Origin: an uncultured Pseudomonadota bacterium
GTDB lineage: Bacteria; Oederibacteriota; Muellerivitia; Muellerivitales; Muellerivitaceae
Assembly (NCBI GenBank): GCA_963770835.1
Contig: CAVYRH010000004.1
Location: forward strand, 224,001-288,000
DNA length: 64,000 nt
Direction: 5' to 3'
The translations under genes and the position numbers were made by a program. This document shows, one piece after another, positions 49,425-59,433 of this stretch. The notes below the pieces were generated by a model. It worked only from the letters and a program-made list of their open reading frames with translations. It did no database searches and was not told where the DNA came from. Position 1 is the first letter of the stretch. Each line of letters starts with the position of its first letter.

Positions 49425-49560
49425 GGATGATCCTTTCGCGCACAGGATAAGGGACGAAAGAACGCAGTTCCATTTTTGTTTTGGAAGATCTAGGGGGCGG
49501 GGCTATTTCAAAAGGTTGGGTGAGTGGGTTAAATTCGAAGAAAAATAAGGAAAACTATTG

Positions 49561-49652
49561 AACCACAGAGTACACAGAGGTCGCAGAGTGAAATCCTTAT
49601 GGCTTAACAAATTCTTGTGCGTTCCTCTGTATACTCCGTGAACTCTGTGGTT
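49561..49652. repeat. Long palindromic element, cacagag arms
   Basis: aaccacagagtacacagaggtcgcagag ... ctctgtatactccgtgaactctgtggtt; left arm nearly identical to 37318. Confidence 0.88.
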
Positions 49653-49664
49653 TTAGAAGTTTTT

Positions 49665-49865
49665 TTAAGAAAAAAGCTGGCTGTTGGAGGGGCCCAGGTC
49701 TTTTAAAAGATGCCGGTAATAATGGTTGACCCAGTCATTGAAGGTGTTCTCCTTCGTGCCACCCTTGATCTCCCATTCGGCGTCAAGGTCGTCCAGGAAC
49801 TTTTCGTAGGCGTCTACTGTATCCAGAAAAACCCAGCTTTTTTTGCGGAGAATGCCTTTTTTCAT
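49665..49865 (-). CDS. 66-aa hypothetical protein
   Basis: MKKGILRKK...; RBS cggag; sigma54-type promoter upstream. Confidence 0.6.
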   Translation of the reverse strand: MKKGILRKKSWVFLDTVDAYEKFLDDLDAEWEIKGGTKENTFNDWVNHYYRHLLKDLGPSNSQLFS

Positions 49866-49906
49866 GATGCACTCCGTGTGGCTGTGATAGATCCGGTTAA
49901 AATTAT

Positions 49907-49922
49907 TGCATAATAAGTGCCA
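49907..49922 (-). promoter_or_regulatory. Sigma54 (-24/-12) promoter
   Basis: Minus strand TGGCACTTATTATGCA: GG-N10-GC spacing, about 40 nt upstream of the ATG. Confidence 0.6.
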
Positions 49923-50137
49923 CAAAGTTTTTCCGGATAACGTGAAAGAAAGGCTTAAACCATTAGTTTTATCCCTTAACAATCGTGAAGGAGCAACATT
50001 TATTGGTGATTTTAGGCGGGCATTTTTAGGAATGAGAAGATTTTTAGGAATGATTTTTAGAACCATGTCAAATCTTCAAGGAATTTGTCAGATATTCCTT
50101 GAAAACCACAACTAAGCGTCGGAACAAGGAGACCCAA

Positions 50138-51193
50138 ATGCTATTTGAACCTTTTCGCTTAAGGGATATCACATTGAGAAACCGTATCGTGGTCTCGCCC
50201 ATGTGCCAGTATTCCTACGAGGACGGGTTCTCCAACGACTGGCAGCTGGTGCACCTGGGCAGCCGCGCCGCCGGAGGGGCGGGATTGGTTTTCGCCGAGG
50301 CCACGGCGGTGGAGGAAAGGGGCCGCATCAGCCCCGGCGACCTGGGGATTTGGAAGGACGCTCATATCGAGCCCTTGGCCCGGGTGGCCCATTTCGTGGC
50401 CTCCATGGGGGCAGCGCCGGGCATCCAACTGGCCCATGCGGGCCGAAAGGCTTCCACCGGCGTTCCATGGGTCACGGACAAGCCCCTGAGGGAAAAAGAA
50501 GGCGGCTGGAAAACCGTCGGTCCCAGCGCCGTCCCCTTTTCCGAGGGCTACTCAACGCCTGAAGCCCTGGATAAGGCCGGAATCACCCAAGTCGTGAAGG
50601 CTTTCCAGGCGGCGGCCCGGCGGGCGAAGCAGGCGGGGTTCCAGGTTTTGGAAATCCACGCGGCCCATGGGTACCTGATCAACGAATTCCTTTCACCCCT
50701 TTCCAACAAGAGGGAAGACGAATATGGGGGTTCCTTCGAGAACCGCGCCCGGCTTTTAAGGGAAGTGGTGAAAGCAGTGCGGGAAGAATGGCCCGAAAAA
50801 TACCCGCTTTTTTCCCGGTTTTCCGCCACCGAGTGGACGGAGGGGGGATGGGCGGTGGAGGATTCGGTGGAACTGGCCAAGGTTTTAAAGAAAGAGGGCG
50901 TGGACTTGATTGACTGTTCCAGCGGCGGCAACATGCCGGGGGTGAAGATCAACGTTGTGCCCGGCTACCAGGTTCCCCTCGCCGAGCGGATCCGCAAAGA
51001 CGCCGGAATCGCGACGGGGGCCGTGGGCTTTATCACCGGTGCGGCACAGGCGGAGGAAATCGTCCAAAGCGGCAAGGCGGACTTGGTGTTCCTGGCCCGG
51101 CAGATGCTGCGGGACCCTTACTTTCCCTTGCATGCCGCCAAGGAACTAGGGGTGGAAGTGAAATGGCCGAACCAATACTCAAGGGCCCGATAA
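50138..51193 (+). CDS. namA: NADH:flavin oxidoreductase (OYE, YqjM/NamA type)
   Basis: NRIVVSPMCQYS, QLAHAGRKAS, EIHAAHGYL, FLSPLSN, PGYQVP, RDPY. Confidence 0.93.
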   Translation: MLFEPFRLRDITLRNRIVVSPMCQYSYEDGFSNDWQLVHLGSRAAGGAGLVFAEATAVEERGRISPGDLGIWKDAHIEPLARVAHFVASMGAAPGIQLAHAGRKASTGVPWVTDKPLREKEGGWKTVGPSAVPFSEGYSTPEALDKAGITQVVKAFQAAARRAKQAGFQVLEIHAAHGYLINEFLSPLSNKREDEYGGSFENRARLLREVVKAVREEWPEKYPLFSRFSATEWTEGGWAVEDSVELAKVLKKEGVDLIDCSSGGNMPGVKINVVPGYQVPLAERIRKDAGIATGAVGFITGAAQAEEIVQSGKADLVFLARQMLRDPYFPLHAAKELGVEVKWPNQYSRAR

Positions 51194-51200
51194 CGACAGA

Positions 51201-51271
51201 TATTGGCTATTAGCATTTAGCTTGTAGTAAGCTTTTCTTGGCTAAAGGCCAACATCTAACCCGCTAATGGC
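51201..51271. repeat. Degenerate heptamer-arm palindrome between convergent genes
   Basis: tattggc tattagc atttagc ... gctaaag gccaaca tctaacc cgctaat. Confidence 0.5.
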
Positions 51272-51275
51272 TGCC

Positions 51276-51518
51276 TTAGAGTGTTTTGTGCGTGCCGTCG
51301 CAATAGGGCTTGCCGTTCGAATGCTTGCACTGGCACAAGAAGGCGGTCTTGGTTTCCTCGGCCTTGAAAACCAAAGGAGAGAAACCGGGATAGGCTTTAT
51401 GGGACCCGTCGCAAAAAGGCTGGTTTTGAGAATGGCCGCAGGCGCACCAGGCGTAAGTCTTTCCCACCTCCATTTCCACCTTGGCGGGGAATTTGTGGGC
51501 GATATTGGGTTCTAACAT
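51276..51518 (-). CDS. CDGSH iron-sulfur protein (two CDGSH motifs)
   Basis: WCACGHSQNQPFCDGSH and LCQCKHSNGKPYCDGTH. Confidence 0.93.
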   Translation of the reverse strand: MLEPNIAHKFPAKVEMEVGKTYAWCACGHSQNQPFCDGSHKAYPGFSPLVFKAEETKTAFLCQCKHSNGKPYCDGTHKTL

Positions 51519-51692
51519 GAATCCTCCTTAAAGAATCGGTACAGCAGACCCCATACTAAAAAAGGCCGGCTCAAAAAGAAATCCCTTGGGACTTTATAAG
51601 GTTACATAAAAGTGACTCATATACCGGTGAAAAACAGGTTCTCCACCCCTTATGATGAGCCCCGATTGAAAGTTTTTACAGCGAGGTGATTC

Positions 51693-52835
51693 ATGAAAGC
51701 CATTGCCGTATTCCCTTCCCAAAAAAAAGTGGATTTGATTGACGCCCCCGAACCCGCCCTGAAGGGCCCCTTCGACGTCAAACTCAAGATGCTGGATATC
51801 GGGGTCTGCGGCACGGACAAGGAAATCTGTTCCTTCGAATATGGCAATCCTCCGGCGGGTTCGGACTACCTCATCCTTGGCCACGAGTCCCTGGGTCGGG
51901 TGACGGAAGTCGGGCCGCAAGTGAAAACCCTCAAGCCCGGCGATTTGGCGGTGATGATCGTGCGACGCCCCTGTGGGGATCCCTCTTGCATACCCTGCAG
52001 CGTGATGCGGCAGGACTTCTGCGTTACCGGGGGGTTCAAGGAGAGGGGAATCAACGGCCTCCACGGTTTCATGACCGAAACGGTGGTGGACGAGGAAAAA
52101 TACATGAACTTAGTCCCGGCGGACCTGAGGGACGTGGGCGTGCTGACCGAGCCGCTGACCATCGCGGAAAAATCCCTGTTCCAGGTCTGGGACATCCAGG
52201 CCCGCCTGCCCTGGGCCTGCCGCCACGACCAACACCCCCACCGCAAGGGCGAGAAGATTCCGCAGGCCGAAATAGGCTACCCCCACAACGCGGTGGTTTT
52301 GGGCGCGGGGCCCGTGGGGCTCTTGGGCGCCATGCTTCTTTGCGCCAACGGCTTCAAGACCTTCGTTTATTCCAGGGAACCCGTGGGGAGCCCCAAAGCC
52401 AACCTAACCCAGCAGATAGGGGCCTCTTACGTTTCTGGGGCTTCCACCCCCCTGGACCAGCTGGTGAAACAGGTCGAGAATGTGGATTTGGTTTATGAGG
52501 CCACCGGCGCCTCGCGCCTGGCCTTTGAGATGCTAAAGTACCTGGGCACCAACGGCGTCTTCGTCTTCACAGGGGTGCCGGGGCGCAAGGGTCCCATCGA
52601 GGTGGATACAGACCTCTTGATGCGCGACATTGTCCTGAAGAACCAGGTGGTGGTGGGGTCGGTCAACGCGGGCAAGAACGCCTATGTGAAAGCCATCGAG
52701 GACTTGGCGACATTTAAGGCCCGCTGGCCCAACGCGGTGAAGGCCCTCATCACAGGCCGCTTCGCGCCGGAAAAGCACAAAGATTTACTTCTCGGCGATC
52801 CGGGGGGGATTAAGAACATCATTAGTTTTGAATGA
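51693..52835 (+). CDS. Zn-dependent glucose 1-dehydrogenase
   Basis: GVCGTDKEI, ILGHESLG, VRRPC, ERGI.GLHG, GAGPVG, GSVNA. Confidence 0.88.
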   Translation: MKAIAVFPSQKKVDLIDAPEPALKGPFDVKLKMLDIGVCGTDKEICSFEYGNPPAGSDYLILGHESLGRVTEVGPQVKTLKPGDLAVMIVRRPCGDPSCIPCSVMRQDFCVTGGFKERGINGLHGFMTETVVDEEKYMNLVPADLRDVGVLTEPLTIAEKSLFQVWDIQARLPWACRHDQHPHRKGEKIPQAEIGYPHNAVVLGAGPVGLLGAMLLCANGFKTFVYSREPVGSPKANLTQQIGASYVSGASTPLDQLVKQVENVDLVYEATGASRLAFEMLKYLGTNGVFVFTGVPGRKGPIEVDTDLLMRDIVLKNQVVVGSVNAGKNAYVKAIEDLATFKARWPNAVKALITGRFAPEKHKDLLLGDPGGIKNIISFE

Positions 52836-52917
52836 AGAAGCCTTATCCTTTTCTTTTGTGGCAAAATTCAGAAGTTCTTTACTTTGTGCCTGTGCGGTTA
52901 AAATGCCTTGAGGTTTT

Positions 52918-54846
52918 ATGACCCTACCTATCAATCGAGATGCCGAGTGGCTGGAGACGGACGGGCTGGGCGGTTTCGCCTGCGGGACCACCAACGGCAT
53001 CCGCACCCGGCGCTACCATTCCTTCCTTTTGACCGCCACCACGCCCCCCACGGGCCGCATGGCCCTCGTCAAAAGCCTGGACGCCTGGGTGGAAATGGAC
53101 GGCAGCCTCTTCCACTTGAATTCCCACATGTATTTCCCCGGGGTCCTGTCGCCCAACGGGGCCGAATCCATCGAATCCTTCCAAAGGGACCCCTGGCCCA
53201 AGTGGACCTACCGCCTTCCCCGGGGCATGACGCTGGAAAGGGAAGTCTTCATGCCCCACGGCCACCCGGCGGTGGTGGTCTCCTGGAAACTCTTCAACGC
53301 CAAGGAGCCCGTACGGCTCTCGGTTCGGCCCCTTTTTTCCTTCAAGGACTACCACTCCCTCCAGCACGAGGACAAGAACTTCCGTTTTGACGCCGATGTT
53401 TTCGAGAAGAACGTCTTCTGGAAACCCTATCCCAATACCCCCCAATTGGCGGCGCTGCACAACGGACATTATTTCCATCAGCCCGACTGGTACCGGCAGT
53501 TCCTTTACGAGCAGGAACAGCAAAGGGGCCTGGACTGCGTGGAGGACCTGGCCACGCCCGGTCTTTTCCAGTGGACCTTCTTCAAAACCCGTGCGATCCT
53601 CATTTTGACCACAGGGATCGAGAAGCCGGCCTCGCCGGACCAGATACAGGCCGTGGAGGAGCTTTACGACCGTTACCGCACCCACGAGGAGGAACGCCGG
53701 AAGTCCTTTGCCTCCCCCCTGGCCCAATCGGCGGACCATTATTTCGTGAAAAGGGACCACGGGGAGACCCTGATCGCGGGCTATCCCTGGTTCACCGACT
53801 GGGGGCGGGACACCTTCGTGGCCATCCGGGGCCTGGGGCTGGCCACGGGCCGCCAGACCGAGACCCGCAAGATCCTCCTGGAATGGGCCAAGTCCATTTC
53901 CGAGGGCATGGTGCCCAACCGCTTCCCCGACTCCGGCGAGGCCCCCGAATACCATTCGGTGGACGCCTCCCTGTGGTACATCATCGCGGTTTACGATTAT
54001 TTAAAGGCCGCCCACGCGGGCGAAATTTCCCGGAAGAACTGGAGCGAGTTCCAGACGCCCGTGGAAAAAATCCTCAAGGGTTATTCCCAAGGCACCCGGT
54101 GGGGTATTAAGGCGGATGCCGACGGGCTTTTGTGGTCCGGCGAGGGGGACGACTCCCTCACCTGGATGGACGCGCGGGTCAACGGAAAGGCGGTCACGCC
54201 CCGGGTGGGCAAGCCCGTGGAAGTCGAGGCCCTGTGGCTGAACGCCCTTTGGGTGGGCGGCCATTTTTCGGAAGCCTGGGAAACCCTCTTTAAGAAGGCC
54301 CTCACCTCCTTCCAGAACCGGTTCTGGAACGGCGCGGGGGGCTGCCTTTACGACGTGGTGGATGTGAACCGCCAGCCGGGGACGGGCGACGGCTCCTTTC
54401 GCCCCAACCAGGTCCTGGCCGTTGGCGGCCTGCCGCTTACCCTGATCGACGAGGAGAAGGCCAAGCTCATGATGAAAGCGGTGCAGGAGAAGCTTTTAAC
54501 GCCCCTGGGGCTGCGTTCCCTAGCCCCCGGCGAGCCGGGCTACCGGCGGCGCTACCAGGGCGGCGTAGTGGAAAGGGACAGCGCCTACCACCAGGGTACG
54601 GTCTGGCCCTGGCTAATGGGGCCCTTTGTGGAAGCCTGGGTGCGGGTGCGGGGGAACACGGCGGCGGCCAAACAGGAAGCCCGGGAAAAGTTCCTGGAGC
54701 CCCTCTTGGCGCAGATGAACCAGGGCGGCCTGGGCCACCTGCCCGAACTGGCCGAGCCGGATAACCCCTTCTATCCGAGGGGCTGCCCCTTCCAGGCCTG
54801 GTCGCTGGGCGAAGCCATCCGCTTGGACCAGGTCGTCCTCAAGTAG
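52918..54846 (+). CDS. Glycogen debranching enzyme (amylo-alpha-1,6-glucosidase)
   Basis: EWLETDGLGGFA, TRRYH, AGYPWFTDWGRD, LTWMDA, RPNQ, AYHQGTVWPW, GCPFQAWS. Confidence 0.93.
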   Translation: MTLPINRDAEWLETDGLGGFACGTTNGIRTRRYHSFLLTATTPPTGRMALVKSLDAWVEMDGSLFHLNSHMYFPGVLSPNGAESIESFQRDPWPKWTYRLPRGMTLEREVFMPHGHPAVVVSWKLFNAKEPVRLSVRPLFSFKDYHSLQHEDKNFRFDADVFEKNVFWKPYPNTPQLAALHNGHYFHQPDWYRQFLYEQEQQRGLDCVEDLATPGLFQWTFFKTRAILILTTGIEKPASPDQIQAVEELYDRYRTHEEERRKSFASPLAQSADHYFVKRDHGETLIAGYPWFTDWGRDTFVAIRGLGLATGRQTETRKILLEWAKSISEGMVPNRFPDSGEAPEYHSVDASLWYIIAVYDYLKAAHAGEISRKNWSEFQTPVEKILKGYSQGTRWGIKADADGLLWSGEGDDSLTWMDARVNGKAVTPRVGKPVEVEALWLNALWVGGHFSEAWETLFKKALTSFQNRFWNGAGGCLYDVVDVNRQPGTGDGSFRPNQVLAVGGLPLTLIDEEKAKLMMKAVQEKLLTPLGLRSLAPGEPGYRRRYQGGVVERDSAYHQGTVWPWLMGPFVEAWVRVRGNTAAAKQEAREKFLEPLLAQMNQGGLGHLPELAEPDNPFYPRGCPFQAWSLGEAIRLDQVVLK

Positions 54847-54881
54847 AACCGGGAAGTCGCCTAGGGCGGGAGCCGTCTAAG

Positions 54882-55730
54882 ATGAAAGATCCAATCCGGG
54901 ATTTCGCCGAAAAACTTGCCACAGCCTATTCGACGATCCCCCAAGTCAAAGCAGTGGCACTTGCGGGTTCACGCACAGGTTCCTCGGAACCGGATGCTAG
55001 CTCGGACATCGACCTGTATGTCTATCAGGACGGTGAGATTCCTATTTCAGCCCGGCAACAAATCGCCTCCGAAAACTCGGCCGAAACCGAGATAGGAAAC
55101 CGGTTTTGGGAAGAAGGGGATGAATGGCTTGCCCGCAAGCCGCCCGTTAAAGTGGACGTCATGTTCCGCCATACCGGCTGGATCGAGGAGGAGGTGGCGC
55201 GCGTGTTCGACCGGCACGAGGCCAGGCTCGGTTATTCCACTTGCTTCCTCTACAATGTTCAAACCTGCATCGTGCTTTACGACCGTGAGGGCTGGCTCGA
55301 CGGCCTAAAAACCCGGGTCTCCCGGGCCTACCCGGATGCCTTGCGGGACGCCATCCTGGCGAAAAACCATCCCGTCCTGAGGAACTCCCACAGCGCCTAT
55401 TTCCGCCAAATAGAAGTCGCGGCTGGCCGCGGCGATCTCGTGAGCCTTAACCACCGGGTGGCCGCGCTCCTGGCGAGCTACTTCGACATTATCATCGCGG
55501 TGAACCGGACGGCCCATCCGGGAGAGAAAAGGCTGGTGCGGTTTGTACAGGAAAGATGCGCCCTTAAACCTGAAAGTTTCGCGGAAAATGTGGGTTCCCT
55601 ACTAGTGGCCGTTCCACAGGGGGAAAGGGTGGTTGTCGAAAAGACGAGCGCCCTCTTGGGAGCCCTTGACGGTTGGCTCCTGGGGCTTGGTTTGCTTCCC
55701 GCCTGGCCCTGTCCATCGGATAAGTCATGA
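54882..55730 (+). CDS. Pol-beta-type nucleotidyltransferase domain protein (DUF4037-like)
   Basis: GSR...SDIDLYVY, HPGEKRL motifs. Confidence 0.8.
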   Translation: MKDPIRDFAEKLATAYSTIPQVKAVALAGSRTGSSEPDASSDIDLYVYQDGEIPISARQQIASENSAETEIGNRFWEEGDEWLARKPPVKVDVMFRHTGWIEEEVARVFDRHEARLGYSTCFLYNVQTCIVLYDREGWLDGLKTRVSRAYPDALRDAILAKNHPVLRNSHSAYFRQIEVAAGRGDLVSLNHRVAALLASYFDIIIAVNRTAHPGEKRLVRFVQERCALKPESFAENVGSLLVAVPQGERVVVEKTSALLGALDGWLLGLGLLPAWPCPSDKS

Positions 55731-55900
55731 AGGCTGGGGTGTAGGATGGAAAAGCTTTCCTTGAAAAGACGTTCTTCGCTTAACGGAGGAGGAAAGGGAC
55801 TAATTTAGCCCTTTTTCTTCGCACAATTGTAAAATGCCCCGACCTAGGAAGGTGCAATGCGGCCGAGGCCCGGCGAGTTCGTCTCATTCGGAGCGTGGCG

Positions 55901-57271
55901 ATGAAACCCTCACGTGAAATACCCAAGGCGCTGCTGGCCCATCTGAAGGACCCCGCCGTCAAAAAGGTGAAGGTGGCCGTCACCGACATCGACGGCATCC
56001 TCCGGGGCAAGTATCTCCACAAAGCCAAGTTCCTCTCGGCGGCGGAAAAGGGCTTCGGCTTCTGCAACGTGGTTTTCGGCTGGGATTCCTCCGACGCCTG
56101 TTACGACAACTCCCAATACACCGGCTGGCACACGGGCTACCCGGACGCCCAGGCCAAAATCGACTTTTCCACCTACCGCCATGTGCCCTGGGACGACAAC
56201 GTCCCCTTCTTCCTGGGGGATTTCGAGGACGGTCACGGTAAACCCCTGGACGTCTGTCCGCGCCAACTGTTGAAGAAGGTGGTTTCCCGTTGCGATAAAG
56301 CGGGCTACCAGCCCATCGCGGCCATGGAATATGAGTGGTTCAACTTCAAGGAAACGCCCCAGTCCCTCGTTGATAAAAATTTCACGAACCTCCAGCCCTT
56401 AAGCCCCGGCATGTTCGGCTATTCCATATTGCGTTCCAGCCTCAATCAGCCCTTCTTCAAGGCCCTCATGGAGGAGATGCCGGCCTTTGCCGTTCCCCTG
56501 GAGGGGCTTCACACCGAAACGGGGCCGGGGGTTTTCGAGGCCGCCATCCTTTACTCCGGGGCCCTAGAGGCGGGGGACCGGGGCGTGCTTTTCAAGACCG
56601 CCGCCAAGGAGATCGGCTACCGCTTCGGCATCCTTCCCACCTTCATCGCTAAATGGAACACGGCGCTCCCCGGCTGCGGAGGGCATTCTCACCAGAGCCT
56701 TTGGAACACGAAGGGGGATAAGAACCTCTTCGATAACGAAAAAGACCCGCACCGCATGAGCCCGATTTTCAAGAGCTACCTGGCGGGCCAGATCCGATGC
56801 CTGCCCGAGATTTTGCCATTCTTCGCCCCCAACGTGAACAGCTACAAGCGCCTGGTGGACGGCTATTGGGCGCCCACCAAGCCCCTTTGGGGCGTTGACA
56901 ACCGCACGGTGGCCTTCCGCGTCATCCCGGGCGGCCCGAAAGCCACGCGCGTGGAAACCCGCGTGGGAGGCTCGGACACCAACGCCTACCTGGTGCTGGC
57001 GGCTTGTTTCGCCAGCGGGCTTTACGGTATCCAGAAGAACCTCTCACTCAAGGAAGCCGCCGTCGAGGGCAGCGGCTACAAGTCCCCCGCCCCGCGCCTG
57101 CCCCGCAACCTGCACGAGGCCACGGAGAAGATGGCGGAATCCAAGATCGCCCGGGAGCTCTTCGGCGAGGCCTTCGTGGACCATTTCGTACGCACCCGCC
57201 AATGGGAATGGCGCCAGTTCCAGGACGCCGTGACTGATTGGGAACTCAAGCGGTATTTTGAAATAGTCTGA
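55901..57271 (+). CDS. Glutamine synthetase-like gamma-glutamyl-amine ligase
   Basis: DIDGILRGK, EYEW, HTETGPGVFE, GCGGHSHQS, NSYKRL, WGVDNRT, VTDWELKRYFE. Confidence 0.9.
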   Translation: MKPSREIPKALLAHLKDPAVKKVKVAVTDIDGILRGKYLHKAKFLSAAEKGFGFCNVVFGWDSSDACYDNSQYTGWHTGYPDAQAKIDFSTYRHVPWDDNVPFFLGDFEDGHGKPLDVCPRQLLKKVVSRCDKAGYQPIAAMEYEWFNFKETPQSLVDKNFTNLQPLSPGMFGYSILRSSLNQPFFKALMEEMPAFAVPLEGLHTETGPGVFEAAILYSGALEAGDRGVLFKTAAKEIGYRFGILPTFIAKWNTALPGCGGHSHQSLWNTKGDKNLFDNEKDPHRMSPIFKSYLAGQIRCLPEILPFFAPNVNSYKRLVDGYWAPTKPLWGVDNRTVAFRVIPGGPKATRVETRVGGSDTNAYLVLAACFASGLYGIQKNLSLKEAAVEGSGYKSPAPRLPRNLHEATEKMAESKIARELFGEAFVDHFVRTRQWEWRQFQDAVTDWELKRYFEIV

Positions 57272-57288
57272 TTGAACCAAGACCTATT

Positions 57289-57399
57289 AACTACCAAGAC
57301 ACCAAGGGCACCAAGAAAAGCGAAAGATTAAATCGTGAAAAAGTTTTGAATATTAATCTTATGGTTTGCCTAACTTGGTGTCCTTGGTGTCTTGGTGGT
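57289..57399. repeat. Long palindromic element, caccaag arms
   Basis: aactaccaagacaccaagggcaccaag ... cttggtgtccttggtgtcttggtggt. Confidence 0.88.
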
Positions 57400-57425
57400 G
57401 AAAATTTCTCTTTTGAGGTGTTTTG

Positions 57426-58574
57426 ATGCCTTCTGGACGTTTCAGTTTTCCCACCCTCATCCACTTCGGCCCCGGGGTCCGGGCCAAGGTCGCGGGTTTC
57501 TTGAAGGACCACAGCCTCAAGCGCCCTTTACTGGTCAGCGACAAGGGGCTGGCCGCCCTGCCGGTCTTTACCGAAGTTTTCCAATCTCTCAAGACGGGCA
57601 GTTTGGAGCCCGGGGCTTTTTCGGGTATCTGGGGAAACCCGACTAAAACCCAGGTTTTGACGGGGTTGGAGGCTTATCGGGCCCATAAAGCCGACTGCCT
57701 GGTGGGCTTGGGCGGTGGCGCGGCCCTGGATGTCTGCAAGGCTATCGCCTTGATGGTGAACCATCAGGGGGACCTGTTTGATTACGAGGACGAGAAACCC
57801 GGCGCCCTGCCCTTTAAGTATGAAATACCTTTTTGGGTGGCCCTGCCCACTACCTCGGGTACGGGCAGCGAGGTGGGCCGCAGTTCGGTCATATCCGACG
57901 ACCAAACCCACCTTAAAAAGATCATCTTCGACCCCAAACTGCTGGCCCGGGTGGTCTTCGCCGACCCCGAGCTGACCCTGGGGCTTCCGGCGCCGGTCAC
58001 GGCCGCCACCGGCATGGACGCCCTCACCCACTGCGTCGAATCCTACCTGGCCAAGGACTACCACCCCATCTGCGACGGCGTGGCGCTGGAGGGCCTGCGC
58101 TTGGCCTCCCAAAGCCTGGCCCAGTGCGTGGAGAAGCCGGGAGATATCGAGGCCCGGGGATCCATGATGATGGCCTCCATGATGGGGGCGGTGGCCTTCC
58201 AGAAAGGCCTGGGGCTGGTGCATTCCTGCGCCCACGCCCTTTCCACGTTCAAGGACCTGCACCACGGCCTGGCCAACGGCATCATGATCGACCATGCCCT
58301 GCCTTTTAACGTGAGCGCCGTCCCGGAACGGTTCCGCCTGATGGCCCAAATCGCGGGCCTCAAGGATGAAACCCCGGAGGCTTTCCTGGCCTGGCTGACC
58401 GCCCTTAAAAGGCGCATCGGCATACCGGCCGGCCTTTCGGAAAAAGGAATCCAAGCCGGGGACGCCAAGCGGCTTTCGGAGCTCGCCTTCCATGACTCCT
58501 GCCACCTGAATAACCCCCGCCCCGTCACCCAAGCCGATTTCGAGGCGATCTTTTCGGAAGCATTAAGAATATGA
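57426..58574 (+). CDS. Iron-containing alcohol dehydrogenase
   Basis: GGGAALD, PTTSGTGSE, TGMDALTH, HSCAH, LHHGLAN. Confidence 0.92.
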   Translation: MPSGRFSFPTLIHFGPGVRAKVAGFLKDHSLKRPLLVSDKGLAALPVFTEVFQSLKTGSLEPGAFSGIWGNPTKTQVLTGLEAYRAHKADCLVGLGGGAALDVCKAIALMVNHQGDLFDYEDEKPGALPFKYEIPFWVALPTTSGTGSEVGRSSVISDDQTHLKKIIFDPKLLARVVFADPELTLGLPAPVTAATGMDALTHCVESYLAKDYHPICDGVALEGLRLASQSLAQCVEKPGDIEARGSMMMASMMGAVAFQKGLGLVHSCAHALSTFKDLHHGLANGIMIDHALPFNVSAVPERFRLMAQIAGLKDETPEAFLAWLTALKRRIGIPAGLSEKGIQAGDAKRLSELAFHDSCHLNNPRPVTQADFEAIFSEALRI

Positions 58575-58580
58575 AACGCT

Positions 58581-58686
58581 TTTCACCGCCAAGACGCCAA
58601 GTTCGCCAAGAACAACTAAAGCCATAGTGTTAAACCAAATCTTTTGCTTTGCTTTTCTTAGCGGACTTGGCGTCTTGGCGGTGAAA
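58581..58686. repeat. Long palindromic element, cgccaag arms
   Basis: tttcaccgccaagacgccaagttcgccaagaa ... ttcttagcggacttggcgtcttggcggtgaaa. Confidence 0.88.
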
Positions 58687-58711
58687 TAAGTTTTGGAGGA
58701 TGGGGTTTAGT

Positions 58712-59428
58712 ATGAAACTCAAAATTGGCCTTTCGGCTTGTTTCTTCCACGCCGATCCCAAGCGGCCCATCTTCAAGGGCAAGACCCTTCAATACATCGA
58801 GCAATCACTTGCCCGCTGGGTCATGGCCGAAGGCGCCTTGGCTTATATGATCCCCTCGCCCGCCCCGGATTCTCCCGTGACCTTAGCGGACCTAGTGACT
58901 CCACTCGAAGGCCTTGTCCTTCAGGGCGGTTCGGATGTCTCCCCCAAAAGCTATGGGGAACAGGCCTTGAAGCCGGAGTGGGAAGGGGACTACATCCGCG
59001 ACCAGTATGAAATCGCCCTGGTCAACGAGTTCCGGGCCCAAGGCAAGCCGGTTTTAGGCATCTGCCGGGGGGCCCAGCTTCTCAACGTGGCTTTCGGCGG
59101 CACGCTCAACCAGGACATCAAGACACAGGTTCCCGGCGCTTTGGAGCACCGCAATTGGGACATTTACGACCAGAATTTCCATGGCTTGAAACTGATAAGC
59201 GGGGAAGTAACCCGGGTCAACAGCGTGCATCACCAGGCGGTCAGGGACCTGGGAAAGGGACTGAGAGCCGAGGCTTGGTCCCAACCCGACGGCTTAGTGG
59301 AAGCCATCCGCGCGGAGAAGGGCCCTTATTGTTTCGCGGTCCAATGGCATCCCGAGTTCCAGGACCCGAAAGATGCTTCTCTTTTTGACGGCAGGATTTT
59401 TTTGAGGGAATTTTTGAGAGCGACCTAG
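58712..59428 (+). CDS. puuD: Gamma-glutamyl amide hydrolase (peptidase C26, PuuD-like)
   Basis: GGSDV, RDQYE, GICRGAQ, VNSVHHQA, VQWHPE. Confidence 0.88.
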   Translation: MKLKIGLSACFFHADPKRPIFKGKTLQYIEQSLARWVMAEGALAYMIPSPAPDSPVTLADLVTPLEGLVLQGGSDVSPKSYGEQALKPEWEGDYIRDQYEIALVNEFRAQGKPVLGICRGAQLLNVAFGGTLNQDIKTQVPGALEHRNWDIYDQNFHGLKLISGEVTRVNSVHHQAVRDLGKGLRAEAWSQPDGLVEAIRAEKGPYCFAVQWHPEFQDPKDASLFDGRIFLREFLRAT

Positions 59429-59433
59429 AAAAA

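Noticed and set aside
52877..52903. Possible lone right arm of a palindromic element before the debranching gene
   Set aside because: Too degenerate and no matching left arm
11812..58686. Short direct repeats with spacers as a possible CRISPR array
   Set aside because: Units are 7-10 nt, arranged as inverted arms and dispersed; no regular repeat-spacer array and no cas genes
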